Of a stretch of 64,000 nucleotides of DNA, positions 38,662 through 48,843 are shown in pieces (within the stretch, counting starts at the first letter, position 1; every line of letters starts with the position of its first letter). Source of the DNA: an uncultured Candidatus Saccharibacteria bacterium (GTDB lineage: Bacteria > Patescibacteriota > Minisyncoccia > Phycocordibacterales > UBA918); the NCBI GenBank assembly GCA_964353135.1, contig CAYGTV010000002.1, positions 169,122 to 233,121 on the forward strand. Direction: 5' to 3'. Both the position numbers and the translations under genes were made by a program. The notes under the pieces are model-generated. The model did not search any database and had not been told where the DNA came from. It saw nothing but the letters and a program-made list of their open reading frames with translations.

Positions 38662-39162
38662 ATGAATATCTCGTTTATCGGCATGTCGGGCGCCGGCAAG
38701 AGTTACGTTGGTGCATATGTTGCCAAGGCGTTTGATTTACAGTTTGTCGATATCGACCAAGAAATGGAGAAACGGTATGGAAAACCTTTGCAAGACATTT
38801 TGGATCAATTAGGAGAAGCTAAATTCCTGGAGGAACAAGCCGGTCAAATCAAAGATTTGCAAGGTCGAGATAACCTAGTTATATCTCCGGGCGGTAGTGT
38901 TGTGTATTCAATTGATGCGATAAAGTGGCTGGTCGCAAATTCTGTCGTTGTGTATTTATCTGTGCCGTTTGAGACTATTGAAAACCGTATCGCTGCTGAT
39001 GTGCGCGGAATAGTAGGCTTGAGTGAGAAAAGTCTATGTGATTTATACGAAGAACGGAGGATGCTATATGAATCATACGCCCATCACATTATTGTTGCCG
39101 ACAGCAAAACACCTGAAATCATCACCCGTGAATTGCGTGATATACTGAATATTATTTCCTAA
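38662..39162 (+). CDS. aroK: Shikimate kinase
   Basis: GMSGAGKS, DID, ISPGG, R..LYE..A. Confidence 0.82.
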   Translation: MNISFIGMSGAGKSYVGAYVAKAFDLQFVDIDQEMEKRYGKPLQDILDQLGEAKFLEEQAGQIKDLQGRDNLVISPGGSVVYSIDAIKWLVANSVVVYLSVPFETIENRIAADVRGIVGLSEKSLCDLYEERRMLYESYAHHIIVADSKTPEIITRELRDILNIIS

Positions 39163-39171
39163 GTATTTGCC

Positions 39172-39648
39172 ATGAATGAAACTGCGCCACAAATACACTA
39201 TCAAGAAAACCTCATTAGTCCTGAGGTTCGTGAAAAGTACGAAGCTATGACCGAGGAAGAGGCCGCAGAAAAGATCATAGAATCAGTAGAAAGGGCACAA
39301 GACCTAATCGCAGAGCTCAAAGAGTACGACAAGACTGATAAAGACAATAATGTCATCCATATTCACGATCGAGCTGAATGGAATGAAGCAAAAAAGCTTT
39401 CAAGGGAGCTTAAAGAAAATTTAGTGTTTATTCCGTTTCACATTTGCGCTAAAAATGATTTACCTTTTCACCCCTCTGAGCAGAGTGAAAAAATACAATA
39501 CAAACACAACCGGATGCCAGAAGATCCAGCTGACTCTGGCTATGCTGATAAACTTGAGTACAAGCATAAAGCAATACCGGAATCCGACAGAATCGAGGTT
39601 GATCAAATGGCAGAGACTCCGCCTGGTGTAGTAAAACTTGCCTCGTAA
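39172..39648 (+). CDS. Hypothetical protein
   Basis: 158-aa ORF co-oriented and tightly packed with its neighbours. Confidence 0.65.
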   Translation: MNETAPQIHYQENLISPEVREKYEAMTEEEAAEKIIESVERAQDLIAELKEYDKTDKDNNVIHIHDRAEWNEAKKLSRELKENLVFIPFHICAKNDLPFHPSEQSEKIQYKHNRMPEDPADSGYADKLEYKHKAIPESDRIEVDQMAETPPGVVKLAS

Positions 39649-39674
39649 TAATTTTAATCAGTTCTTTTGTACCT

Positions 39675-40730
39675 ATGACCTTTGATTTTGATGCTGAAAT
39701 TAAGCAACACCTGGACGTTGTAAAGACCCTTGAGCGAGTGCCGGGTGTGTTTACCGCTTCGCTTGACGACACCTTTTATAACAAAGCGTGGTTGCGTGAT
39801 ATTTATTTCATCACGCTTGGTTTCTTTGAAACTGGTGACATGGAAACCACCAAGAATGCTGCCAAGGCATTGCTAACCGTGTTTGTAAAACACAAAGACA
39901 AGATCAACTGGGCAATCGAAAACAAACCAAACGAAGCGTGGCAATACATCCATGCGCGGTTCCACCCTGAAACCTTTGAGGAATATTGGGAAGAGTGGGG
40001 CAACAGTCAAAACGATGCTGTGGGTGAGGTACTCAACCTGCTGGTGACTCTGGAACTGATGGACGAAAGTGTAATCGAGACCCAAGACGAAAAAGAGATG
40101 GTGCAGAAAATTGTCGATTATTTGATCGCGATTGAATACTGGCAAGATGACGATAACGGAATCTGGGAAGAAAACCTCGAAGTGCACGCTTCCTCAATTG
40201 GTTCTTGTGTGGCTGCGCTCAAAAAGGCTAATGAGATCGACTGGCTCGACGTACCTGATGTGGCGATTGAACGAGGTGAACACGCTTTGCGCGCCCTACT
40301 ACCCCGAGAATCAGTCACCAAGTTCACCGACCTGGCACTGCTGACACTCATCTATCCTTTTAATGTCACCACCGAAGAAGAAACGTTGGAGATTCTCAAA
40401 AACGTCGAGTACCACTTGGTCAAAGAACGTGGAGTGATCCGATACAAGTTCGACCGCTACTACAACAACAACGTCGATGGGTTTAGTGAAGAGGCGGAGT
40501 GGTGTTTTGGACTAGCGTGGCTTGCGATCATCTATGCAGAGCGAGGTGATAAAGAAAAAGCGTACTACTATCTGCGTCGATCAAAAAACGCAGTGACACC
40601 AGACGGGGTGGTACCGGAGCTGTACTACTCAAACACCGACAAACCAAACCCAAACACACCACTAGGTTGGGCCGAGAGCATGTACGTCGTAGCACTGCAG
40701 AAAGTAAAAGAAATGGAAGCAGCAGGATGA
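39675..40730 (+). CDS. Glycoside hydrolase family 15-like protein
   Basis: WLRD, QND, GIWEE, GVIRY..DRY, PELY, PLGWAES. Confidence 0.82.
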   Translation: MTFDFDAEIKQHLDVVKTLERVPGVFTASLDDTFYNKAWLRDIYFITLGFFETGDMETTKNAAKALLTVFVKHKDKINWAIENKPNEAWQYIHARFHPETFEEYWEEWGNSQNDAVGEVLNLLVTLELMDESVIETQDEKEMVQKIVDYLIAIEYWQDDDNGIWEENLEVHASSIGSCVAALKKANEIDWLDVPDVAIERGEHALRALLPRESVTKFTDLALLTLIYPFNVTTEEETLEILKNVEYHLVKERGVIRYKFDRYYNNNVDGFSEEAEWCFGLAWLAIIYAERGDKEKAYYYLRRSKNAVTPDGVVPELYYSNTDKPNPNTPLGWAESMYVVALQKVKEMEAAG

Positions 40731-40785
40731 TAAACAAAACCGACACGAGCACTGCTCGCGTCGGTTTTGTGTATGTTGGTAGCAA

Positions 40786-41511
40786 TCAAGAAAGTGTATC
40801 CTCGGTGATCTCATCGCTGACACTAGGTGAGATTGCGAGTGCGACGATAACGCCTTTTTCTCGCAGGCAGATGTGCTGTAGCCGGTCTTCTAGTATGACA
40901 CTGTAAATCAGTTTGATATCAGCCTGGTCTGACTGGTACAGCTTGGTGTCTGAACCAGCCATGCACCAATCTGCCGTATCAGGATGCAAGTTTTCTAGTT
41001 TTCCCTGCGCAGCTCGTAGTTCCTTGGCGATCAGTTCCTGGCTGAGTGACTGAGTTTTTTCTACTAGTTTGGGTGTAGAGAGTGAGGTACTCCAGTTTGT
41101 ATCTACAATCAGCTGCATCCGGTTCTTTTTCTTCTTTTTATTTTCAATAAGTCCGAGGGTTGGACCAATGATGGCTAGTCCGACGATCCCTAGTACGAGG
41201 TTTTTAGGTTCTTCAAATTGATCAGCCCAAGAAGATAATTCGCCGCGGGCAACATAGGCTTCTGGTTGGTTTTCCAGCTGTTGTAACAGCCAGTGAGCCG
41301 AGCGAATTGCAGCAGTTTGCTCAGACGGGGTTATATAAATAGAACTGATATTTTCAGAGTTGCTGGTCATTGGCCAGTTTTGCGCCTGAACATACCAAGC
41401 TAGACTTTGAGCAAAATCTGCGTCAGTTTCAGCATATCGAATCAAAGCGTGGGTGTGCTGCACGTATTGTACTGCTTGTTGTAAAAGTATTGTGTGCGAG
41501 TTTTTCTTCAT
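40786..41511 (-). CDS. Hypothetical protein with one TM segment
   Basis: 241-aa ORF ending at the terminator 40735-40770; C-terminal half loosely PTH2-like. Confidence 0.6.
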   Translation of the reverse strand: MKKNSHTILLQQAVQYVQHTHALIRYAETDADFAQSLAWYVQAQNWPMTSNSENISSIYITPSEQTAAIRSAHWLLQQLENQPEAYVARGELSSWADQFEEPKNLVLGIVGLAIIGPTLGLIENKKKKKNRMQLIVDTNWSTSLSTPKLVEKTQSLSQELIAKELRAAQGKLENLHPDTADWCMAGSDTKLYQSDQADIKLIYSVILEDRLQHICLREKGVIVALAISPSVSDEITEDTLS

Positions 41512-41723
41512 AGGAATCGACTTTATGAATAACCTCTCTTGTATTATACGCCCGCTGCAATTAAAAAAAGCAAATTATCAGAACAGTGCTGTTTTGCGTA
41601 GGTTGCACCCTACGAGCACTGCTACTTTATATCCCAGGGCACCCTCTCTTGATTCCAAGAAATCAATTCACCTTGTGTTCCTTTCAGTCACTAAAGTAGG
41701 TTGCATAGTGGAGCTTATGAGGT

Positions 41724-43223
41724 ATGCTGTCCCCCATGAACCAACGAGATGGAATTATCGTATTTAAGGACGTATCGTTTGAACACGATGCAACCAAACC
41801 GATTTTAAAAGAAGCTAGTTTTGTGGTGCGTCGTGGGGCCAAGTTCACCCTGATGGGGCAAAATGGAGCTGGGAAATCTACTCTATTTGGGCTTATTACT
41901 GGTAAAACTCAGCCGGACGAAGGAAGTATCAACCTGCAACCTAGGACAACCATCGCAGTATCGCGACAGATCATTCCTCGGGATGAGCTGGAACTAACGG
42001 TGCGGGCGTTTTTTGAGAAATGTTTCACCGAAAAAATGTATGACATTGATCCAAAAATTGATGAAGTTCTAGAGGTGGTAAACCTAGTTCCACCAGAATC
42101 ACAAACCGAATCATTTAAAGACCGTATCATCGGTAGTTTCTCTGGCGGTCAGCAAGCGCGGTTACTTTTGGCATCAGCCCTGATCCAAAACCCAGATGTA
42201 CTTTTGCTCGACGAGCCAACCAACAACCTCGATACAGCTGGGATCGAGCACCTGACAGAATTTCTTCGCGAGTACAAGAAAACAGTTATCGTTATTTCCC
42301 ACGATGCTGACTTCCTCAACTCATTTACTCAAGGAGTTTTGTACCTCAACACGCAAAACCGACAGGTTGAGCAATATAACGGTAACTACCACACAGTAGT
42401 AGAAGAGATCGCAGCTCGAGTTGAAAAGGAGAAGCGTCAAAACGCGCAGATGAACAAGCAGATCCAAGCTGACAAAGACAAGATCAACTACTTTGCAGCC
42501 AAGGGAGGAAAGATGCGTTTAGTTGCTAAAAAGATGCGGGCTGAAATTGAAGAAGCAGAAGAGAACAAAATCGATGTACGACGTGAAGATAAAGCCATCC
42601 GTCCGTTTACAATCGAACCGCACGGCGACATTCCTCTTGAAGTCATAAAATTAACTTCACTAACAGTGATTAGGGATCATCAGCCAAAACAAGTAGCGTG
42701 TGACATTACTCTAAAACGAGGGGAGCATCTACAGATTGTTGGTCCAAACGGAATTGGAAAAACAACTCTGCTTGAAAGCTTGGCTGGAGGAACTGCGACT
42801 GGAGAAGAGGTGGCAAAAGGGGTCAAGATTGGTTATTACCGACAAGACTTCTCTAACCTTGATTTCAATAAATCAGTGTTTGAAACCTTGATGGACAGTA
42901 TGAAGAAAAAGTTAGAAGAAGACATGCGTTCAATTGCCGCAGGGTTCCTTCTCTTTGGAGACGTGATGAAATCAAAAGTAGGCGACCTCTCAGAAGGACA
43001 AAAAGGACTAGTGGCATTTGCAAAGTTGCGGATGGAAGAACCAGGACTACTGATTCTCGACGAGCCGACTAACCACATTAACTTCCGTCATATTCCAGTG
43101 ATCGCGCAAGCACTCAATGAATATAAGGGGGCAATGATCCTGGTGTCTCACGTTCCAGAATTTGTAGAACAAATCAGGATTGATGATGTGTTGGACCTCA
43201 GTAAACTAAAACCGAAGAAATAG
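41724..43223 (+). CDS. ABC-F family ATPase
   Basis: Two ABC domains (GQNGAGKS, FSGGQ, LDEPTNNLD; GPNGIGKT, LSEGQ, LDEPTNH) and no TM segments. Confidence 0.92.
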   Translation: MLSPMNQRDGIIVFKDVSFEHDATKPILKEASFVVRRGAKFTLMGQNGAGKSTLFGLITGKTQPDEGSINLQPRTTIAVSRQIIPRDELELTVRAFFEKCFTEKMYDIDPKIDEVLEVVNLVPPESQTESFKDRIIGSFSGGQQARLLLASALIQNPDVLLLDEPTNNLDTAGIEHLTEFLREYKKTVIVISHDADFLNSFTQGVLYLNTQNRQVEQYNGNYHTVVEEIAARVEKEKRQNAQMNKQIQADKDKINYFAAKGGKMRLVAKKMRAEIEEAEENKIDVRREDKAIRPFTIEPHGDIPLEVIKLTSLTVIRDHQPKQVACDITLKRGEHLQIVGPNGIGKTTLLESLAGGTATGEEVAKGVKIGYYRQDFSNLDFNKSVFETLMDSMKKKLEEDMRSIAAGFLLFGDVMKSKVGDLSEGQKGLVAFAKLRMEEPGLLILDEPTNHINFRHIPVIAQALNEYKGAMILVSHVPEFVEQIRIDDVLDLSKLKPKK

Positions 43224-43278
43224 TTGGTAAAAATATACAAAAGCGCGACCCTTCAGGGTCGCGCTTTGGTTGTATTAC

Positions 43279-44811
43279 CTATACGATCAGCAAGTATGTA
43301 CAGGCTGCCGCAAGCACTGCTATGTGCAGAATTAATACTTTCTTTTCTTCCCATACTGGTTTTGTAATTAGGAAGTATTGTGTGAGACCAGCTAGGAGTA
43401 GCGCGGGTAGGAGGTGGGGCTCAGGGATGATCCAATAGAAAGACAGGTATGCAAGTAGAAAAGAAATCCCGATAATTATTTTTGCCTTTTCCATACCGAG
43501 CACAACTGGCAGTGTTTTGATTCCAGCTTGCTTGTCTCCCTCGTAGTCTTTCAAATCAATAAAGCTAAATGCCATGGTAAAGAAAATGAGAAACGTTGGA
43601 ATCAGTGCGGACGGGACAAAAAACGTTGGTTCCTCGACCAGGAAAGTATAGCCAGACGTCACTACTGTTAGACAAATAAAAGCTAGAAGTCCTTTTGATA
43701 CAATGAGCACCCTTTTTATCCGCAGTGGCGGGGCTGAGTATATAAAGTAACCAGCGATGTATACCAGCATAAGAAATAGGTGTTCAAAACTTACTAACGC
43801 CGCCGCTACAATTGATACGCAAAGTGTCCACCAAGCGACTGCGCGGTACAAAACTGGGTCAAACGCTTGGCTCACTGTGAGTCGACCTGGTGTCGAGACA
43901 CAATCAATTTCAACGTCTTCTAGGTTATTGATTGCCACTGAAAATATCCAAGCACCGGTGATACTGATTATCACTAGTATCCATGAAAGTAGTGTGTCAG
44001 GTTGAACTAAACCGCTGGGTGCTACATCCGCAAAATAGACTGATAGACAGACACCAAATACAAATAAAAGTTGGAAGTGAATCCAGCGCAATGGTCTGAT
44101 TTCTTTCACAATCTCAATAACGTAGGTGGCGTCCGCCCGATAGGCTACATACAAACTCATACCGACCGCTATAAGAAAAAATATAGGTGTTAAAGGAACG
44201 GTTTTGGGGTCAACTGACCAACCTAGTTGATTCCCGATTGCTGTTACAACTGCAGGTAAAGAAACGTAGATGAAAATAGTTGTGTACATCAGCAGTGTGC
44301 CTGCCAGCGCGGTAACAATAGAACGAGTTTTTGTATAGAAGAACCAAAGTGACCCTAGGAGTATCAGCACCATAGCTGTTCGCATTCCAATAGTGATGCC
44401 AAACTCTGTAATTGGGCCAAAGAAAGTCAGATACATTCCAAGCAAAAATTCTGGATCCATAATGTAGGCAATTTTTTGTCCCCCAGGACCAAAGGCAAGG
44501 AGGTCAACCGTAGGTGGAATAAGAATAATTAAAAATAGCGGCACTATAAGTCGTAGTGTGGCTTGTACCGAATCCTTGGTAATAATTAGAAACAGGGCAC
44601 AAAATGTTGCAGCTAGTGCGACATAGGACAGAATATAATGGATTAAGTGCTCGAGGTTGAACTCATGCTGACTAGAGTACAACTCAAGAAAATTTCTAAC
44701 GAGCGTGATACTTGCAAACGTAATCATAAGGTACGTTAATGAAACCGGCGTTTGCTGAATTGTGTCGATCAGTCTTGTAAGCCAGTGGTTCAGTTGAGTT
44801 ATGTGTTTCAT
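43279..44811 (-). CDS. UbiA prenyltransferase family protein with extra N-terminal membrane domain
   Basis: NNLEDVEID, YSAPPLRIKR, DLKDYEGDKQAGIKTLPV. Confidence 0.8.
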   Translation of the reverse strand: MKHITQLNHWLTRLIDTIQQTPVSLTYLMITFASITLVRNFLELYSSQHEFNLEHLIHYILSYVALAATFCALFLIITKDSVQATLRLIVPLFLIILIPPTVDLLAFGPGGQKIAYIMDPEFLLGMYLTFFGPITEFGITIGMRTAMVLILLGSLWFFYTKTRSIVTALAGTLLMYTTIFIYVSLPAVVTAIGNQLGWSVDPKTVPLTPIFFLIAVGMSLYVAYRADATYVIEIVKEIRPLRWIHFQLLFVFGVCLSVYFADVAPSGLVQPDTLLSWILVIISITGAWIFSVAINNLEDVEIDCVSTPGRLTVSQAFDPVLYRAVAWWTLCVSIVAAALVSFEHLFLMLVYIAGYFIYSAPPLRIKRVLIVSKGLLAFICLTVVTSGYTFLVEEPTFFVPSALIPTFLIFFTMAFSFIDLKDYEGDKQAGIKTLPVVLGMEKAKIIIGISFLLAYLSFYWIIPEPHLLPALLLAGLTQYFLITKPVWEEKKVLILHIAVLAAACTYLLIV

Positions 44812-44866
44812 TAACGTGATTATACTAAAAATTATAATAAGTAATGCACTCTGCTACACTAGTTTC

Positions 44867-45136
44867 ATGAAGGCAACTCGTCACTACGTTTATGTTTTAC
44901 ATTGTTCTGACGGAACATTTTATTGTGGATACACCACAGACGTTGAACGTCGTGTTCAGGAGCATAACGGAGAGGGGAAAGTAGCTGGGGCCAAGTACAC
45001 CAATGGTCGACGGCCAGTGCAAGTAGTCCACACTGAATCTTTTGCCACTAGAAGTGAAGCGCAAAAACGTGAAGCAGAAATTAAAAAAATGTCTCGTCAA
45101 GAAAAGGAGAAGTGGTACACTGCTAGTAATAAATAA
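44867..45136 (+). CDS. GIY-YIG nuclease family protein (UPF0213)
   Basis: YVYVLHCSDGTFYCGYTTDVERR..EHN, AKYT..RRPV, REAEIK. Confidence 0.9.
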   Translation: MKATRHYVYVLHCSDGTFYCGYTTDVERRVQEHNGEGKVAGAKYTNGRRPVQVVHTESFATRSEAQKREAEIKKMSRQEKEKWYTASNK

Positions 45137-45165
45137 ACAATACGTATGTTAGAAAATTTAAAGGC

Positions 45166-45585
45166 ATGTTTAGTGAGGCTAAAAAAGTAGAGCAGGCTCC
45201 AAATGCTGTGGAGCTACCACCTGCATCTGCCGTTGAAGAAATGGAAAACCTACTAGATTATTCTGGCGAGTTATCACCCGATCAAAAAGACCGGCTGGCT
45301 GAGTTACAAGATCAGTTAGAAGAAAAGGCAGATGAACTTGCTTTAGAATCAGTAAAAAACCGAATCAATCCAATTTCAGCTGCTCAAACAGGTCGACTGA
45401 ATGTGGTAGATAAAGAAGTATCCCCGTATGCTCCGATTGAGGCTGCAGGACCTGTGATTCTAAAAGAGTCACAGGTGTTATATCCGGGAGCAGACCCAAC
45501 ACCACATAAGCCAGTGGCAGAAAAAGATGTTGTAGATTTAGGAAAGCGCTCAGGGAATCCTTATGGTTTCCCAGAAATGAAATAG
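45166..45585 (+). CDS. Hypothetical protein
   Basis: 139-aa ORF followed by a terminator at about 45597-45637. Confidence 0.6.
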   Translation: MFSEAKKVEQAPNAVELPPASAVEEMENLLDYSGELSPDQKDRLAELQDQLEEKADELALESVKNRINPISAAQTGRLNVVDKEVSPYAPIEAAGPVILKESQVLYPGADPTPHKPVAEKDVVDLGKRSGNPYGFPEMK

Positions 45586-45727
45586 TCAGTCTCTGAAAAT
45601 AAAAACACTAGTACTCATCTGCTAGTGTTTTTATTTTACAAAACTGTGTACAAAAAACTTTTTCATAATTACTGGTTGTATAATTATGTCAGGACACGAA
45701 TTACGTGTGAGAGTAAATTATTTTAAT

Positions 45728-45952
45728 ATGGCAACAAAAAAACCAGCAGCGAAAAAAGCTGCACCAAAGAAAAAACCAGTAGCAAAAAAAGTCGTTAAGA
45801 AAACAGTAAAAGTAGCTGCTAAAAAAGTAGCTCCAAAAAAGAAAGCTGTAAAGAAAGCTGTACCAAAGAAAAAGGTAGCAGCTAAATCTACTAAAAAAGT
45901 AGTTAAGAAAGCGGCTCCAAAAAAGAAGACAGCAGCAAAGAAAAAGAAATAA
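45728..45952 (+). CDS. Histone H1-like Lys/Ala-rich protein
   Basis: MATKKPAAKKAAPKKK repeats; TATAAT upstream and terminator downstream. Confidence 0.75.
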   Translation: MATKKPAAKKAAPKKKPVAKKVVKKTVKVAAKKVAPKKKAVKKAVPKKKVAAKSTKKVVKKAAPKKKTAAKKKK

Positions 45953-46033
45953 ATTAAAAGCGACACCAGTATGTGTCGCTTTTAATTTGTATTAGTGAAT
46001 GTATAATTAGGCTGTCGCGAATAATTTTTATAT

Positions 46034-46102
46034 ATGCCAAAAGGCCAAGATCGAAAAAAAGAAGTCAAAAAACCAAAGAAAGATAAACCAGTAAAGAAGT
46101 AA
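46034..46102 (+). CDS. 22-aa basic peptide (not in ORF track)
   Basis: MPKGQDRKKEVKKPKKDKPVKK*, between a TATAAT box (46001-46006) and terminator aaaagagtgcc/ggcactctttt. Confidence 0.55.
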   Translation: MPKGQDRKKEVKKPKKDKPVKK

Positions 46103-46153
46103 TAAAACAAAAAGAGTGCCAAGAGGGCACTCTTTTTGCATGATAACTAGAAC

Positions 46154-48178
46154 CTACTTTTTATTAAATAGTTTTGATACGCCAAGTGAGGCGATGAAAA
46201 TAAATGTTGCGAGAATTAGAAATTCGGTTTGCAGAATACTGAAACTAAAACCGTTCTGAATGAATTGTTCCAGGTCGAGTGATGCTCCGATTGAAACAAA
46301 GGTCGCGGTTCCCAAAATGATTCCAAAGAACGTCGCGATCGTGAACGGTACAAATGGAACCCGGAGAATCCCGGCTGCATAGCTAACTAGGTCAAACGGT
46401 AGGAAAATCAGACGCATGGTCAGCATACTTGTAAACGTGTTTTCTCGCAGAGCTGTAACCCAATTCCCCAGAGCACTATTTTCTAACTTCAGACCCTTAC
46501 CAAAAAAGCGACCAACTGCGTACGCGACACCAGCTGCAAGTGTTGCTGCGATAACAGTGAGAACCGTTCCCCAGATCAAGCCAAAGAAAACACCAGACAA
46601 AATAGTCAGCGCAGTAGCAGGGAAGAAGGTCACTGGACGAATGGCGTACAGGGCGATGTATACCAACGGTCCCCAAATAGTCATGGTGATAAATTCAAAC
46701 AAACGCACCGATGTTTCGGTGTTAGTCAGGCCAGTAGTTATTTGATATTGATTGAGTGCAAAGAGAGTCCCGACCCAAATAGCAGCTGCGATGATTTTTG
46801 GTGATTGTCTTTTGAGGGCTTTTTTTAGATCAACTTTCAGGTCACTAATTTGTCGGCCGACAAATTGATCGGCGGCTTTTTTTACAATTAAACTGTAGGT
46901 AGGGTAAGCAAAAATTGTTTTCTGCAATTTCAAAAGAGAAATATTTTGATCAATTGCCAGTGTAAAGACATTAAGGATTTCGCCAGCCGCTGGTCCAGCT
47001 ATATGAGCGCCCAAAACTTTTCCGCTAATCCGTTTTGCAATCACTACCAATACTCCATTTGTGGCGTCGTCGGTTTTGGCTCGGTCATTGTGTGCGAACG
47101 GAACTTCGATGCGCATGATTCGGTCCGCTCCATATTGATCAATCGCATCATGGAAGTGAAGTCCGACCTGGGCAATTTCTGGCGTTGTGTAGGTGACTTT
47201 GGGAACTGATTTGTTTGTATTAATTTTCAAAAAACCTTTACTAGTTACGCGGGTAACTACTTGTCGCGCGATGTCGTTCGCCATATGGGTGAACTTTAGT
47301 CGCTGCGCAACATCACCAACTGCGTACACTCGTTTATTGTTTGTTTGAAACTGACTGTTTACAGTTACTCCGTATTGGGAAGATTCAATTCCAGCTGACT
47401 CTAACCCGGCCGGAATATTCGGTACTCGACCGATTGCGATCAGAACTTTGTCGAACTCAACTGTGAAACTGTGTTCTGTTTGTTCACTTCGCATCTGATC
47501 AAAATGTGCGACATTTCCTTCGACCTTTTTAATTGCCGCACCGGTATGAATTGTAATCCCAAGTCCTTCAAACGTCTGCCGGATGATCGGTTGAATCGCT
47601 TTGTCTTCTAGTCGGGCGAACTGCTCACCTTGTTCGGCTATGGTCACCTGCGAGCCTAACATCGTAAACGCCTGGGCCATCTCCATCCCGATTGGTCCGC
47701 CACCGATGATCAGTAGTTTTTCAGGAACATCTTGTAGGTTAAAAATATTTTGGTTGGTCAGAATATAATCCTCGCTTAGTCCATCAATCTCAACCATGCG
47801 TGGACTGGAACCAGTTGCAATGACGGCAGTTTTGAATGTGTAGGTGGTATCCAAAACGGTGATTGAATGTTTGCTGGCAAACGTTGCCTCCCCCATCACG
47901 ACATCGATACCCAGGTTTTGAAATGTTTCCGGGGTTTCTTCTGCGAGGATACTATCAACCACGTTTCGCACATATGAAAATGCGTCGGATCCAGACATGC
48001 CTTTTTTGGCAGCGTGTAACAATGCTTTGCTTGGGACGCAACCGGTGTTGGTACATTCACCACCCATGTGTTCACGCTCTACGAGTAGAACTTTTTTACC
48101 AACTTTGAAAAAACCAACCGCCGCCGTGAGTCCGCCTGATCCGGCGCCGATAACAACTACATCGTACTGAGTCTTCAT
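46154..48178 (-). CDS. Class I pyridine nucleotide-disulfide oxidoreductase fused to a C-terminal VTT/DedA (TVP38) membrane domain
   Basis: GAGSGG, GGECTNTGCVPSK, GGGPIG.E, GDV, YPT; then P...LT..SG..FG...G, RL..LPFD.VSY.AG. Confidence 0.85.
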   Translation of the reverse strand: MKTQYDVVVIGAGSGGLTAAVGFFKVGKKVLLVEREHMGGECTNTGCVPSKALLHAAKKGMSGSDAFSYVRNVVDSILAEETPETFQNLGIDVVMGEATFASKHSITVLDTTYTFKTAVIATGSSPRMVEIDGLSEDYILTNQNIFNLQDVPEKLLIIGGGPIGMEMAQAFTMLGSQVTIAEQGEQFARLEDKAIQPIIRQTFEGLGITIHTGAAIKKVEGNVAHFDQMRSEQTEHSFTVEFDKVLIAIGRVPNIPAGLESAGIESSQYGVTVNSQFQTNNKRVYAVGDVAQRLKFTHMANDIARQVVTRVTSKGFLKINTNKSVPKVTYTTPEIAQVGLHFHDAIDQYGADRIMRIEVPFAHNDRAKTDDATNGVLVVIAKRISGKVLGAHIAGPAAGEILNVFTLAIDQNISLLKLQKTIFAYPTYSLIVKKAADQFVGRQISDLKVDLKKALKRQSPKIIAAAIWVGTLFALNQYQITTGLTNTETSVRLFEFITMTIWGPLVYIALYAIRPVTFFPATALTILSGVFFGLIWGTVLTVIAATLAAGVAYAVGRFFGKGLKLENSALGNWVTALRENTFTSMLTMRLIFLPFDLVSYAAGILRVPFVPFTIATFFGIILGTATFVSIGASLDLEQFIQNGFSFSILQTEFLILATFIFIASLGVSKLFNKK

Positions 48179-48291
48179 AAAATAAAAATAGTCACTTAGT
48201 GTTTTAAGTATATACGAATGCGTAACATTTTTGTTTCATATAAAAGACCCCGCCACTGAATGATGGCGGGGCCGGGGACAGATGTCCGATG

Positions 48292-48612
48292 TTACTTTGT
48301 TGCGGCCTGATTGGCTTGCAGTGCCAGCACTTCTTGCATCATAGCACTGCTGATTGCCACAGTCATGCTGTAGTCATCTGCCACTTCAAAGCTGATGATG
48401 CGAACACCAGCGGCGGTTTCCTTGACCATTGCCATCCGTGTTTCTGGCACGGCTGTGCAAGGAATTTCAACGTCAACTGCTTCGATCGACAAGCAGTCAC
48501 TACCTGCCCAGTACAGGTCAAACGGGTCGCGTAGCTCATTGATCGACTCTGCCCCAGCTTGTGTTGCAAGCAAGGCAGTCACGGTGATAGCTGAAAAGAT
48601 CGTTGGTCGCAT
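48292..48612 (-). CDS. Secreted hypothetical protein (orphan cassette gene)
   Basis: AAAGGAG SD, TTGACA-17-TATTAA promoter, signal peptide ending AGA-E, downstream hairpin. Confidence 0.65.
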   Translation of the reverse strand: MRPTIFSAITVTALLATQAGAESINELRDPFDLYWAGSDCLSIEAVDVEIPCTAVPETRMAMVKETAAGVRIISFEVADDYSMTVAISSAMMQEVLALQANQAATK

Positions 48613-48714
48613 GGGGGGTCTCCTTTAATGCGTTGCGCAGGCAGTATGCCGTGGCATGTCTAATTTAATAACATTAAAATTTAACTATGTCAAATAAAAT
48701 GCCTCTGTTTTGCG

Positions 48715-48743
48715 TTGCGTAAGAGTGGTAATTCCTATATAGT
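48715..48743 (+). promoter_or_regulatory. Promoter of fusA
   Basis: TTGCGT-17-TATAGT. Confidence 0.6.
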
Positions 48744-48843
48744 AGCGCCATCTTGCCTTCGGGCTTTTTCTCATCTACTCCTAGCACGAGCTGAACGAGA
48801 AGGGATTTATTAAAATTTATACATATATAAGTACAAGCATTTT

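Noticed and set aside
46154-48178. Mercuric reductase merA call
   Set aside because: It lacks the C-terminal Cys-Cys pair and mer operon context.
31975-48700. Prophage or ICE in the rpsG-fusA insert
   Set aside because: No integrase, terminase, capsid, relaxase or transposase motifs; the content is mixed housekeeping and orphan genes.
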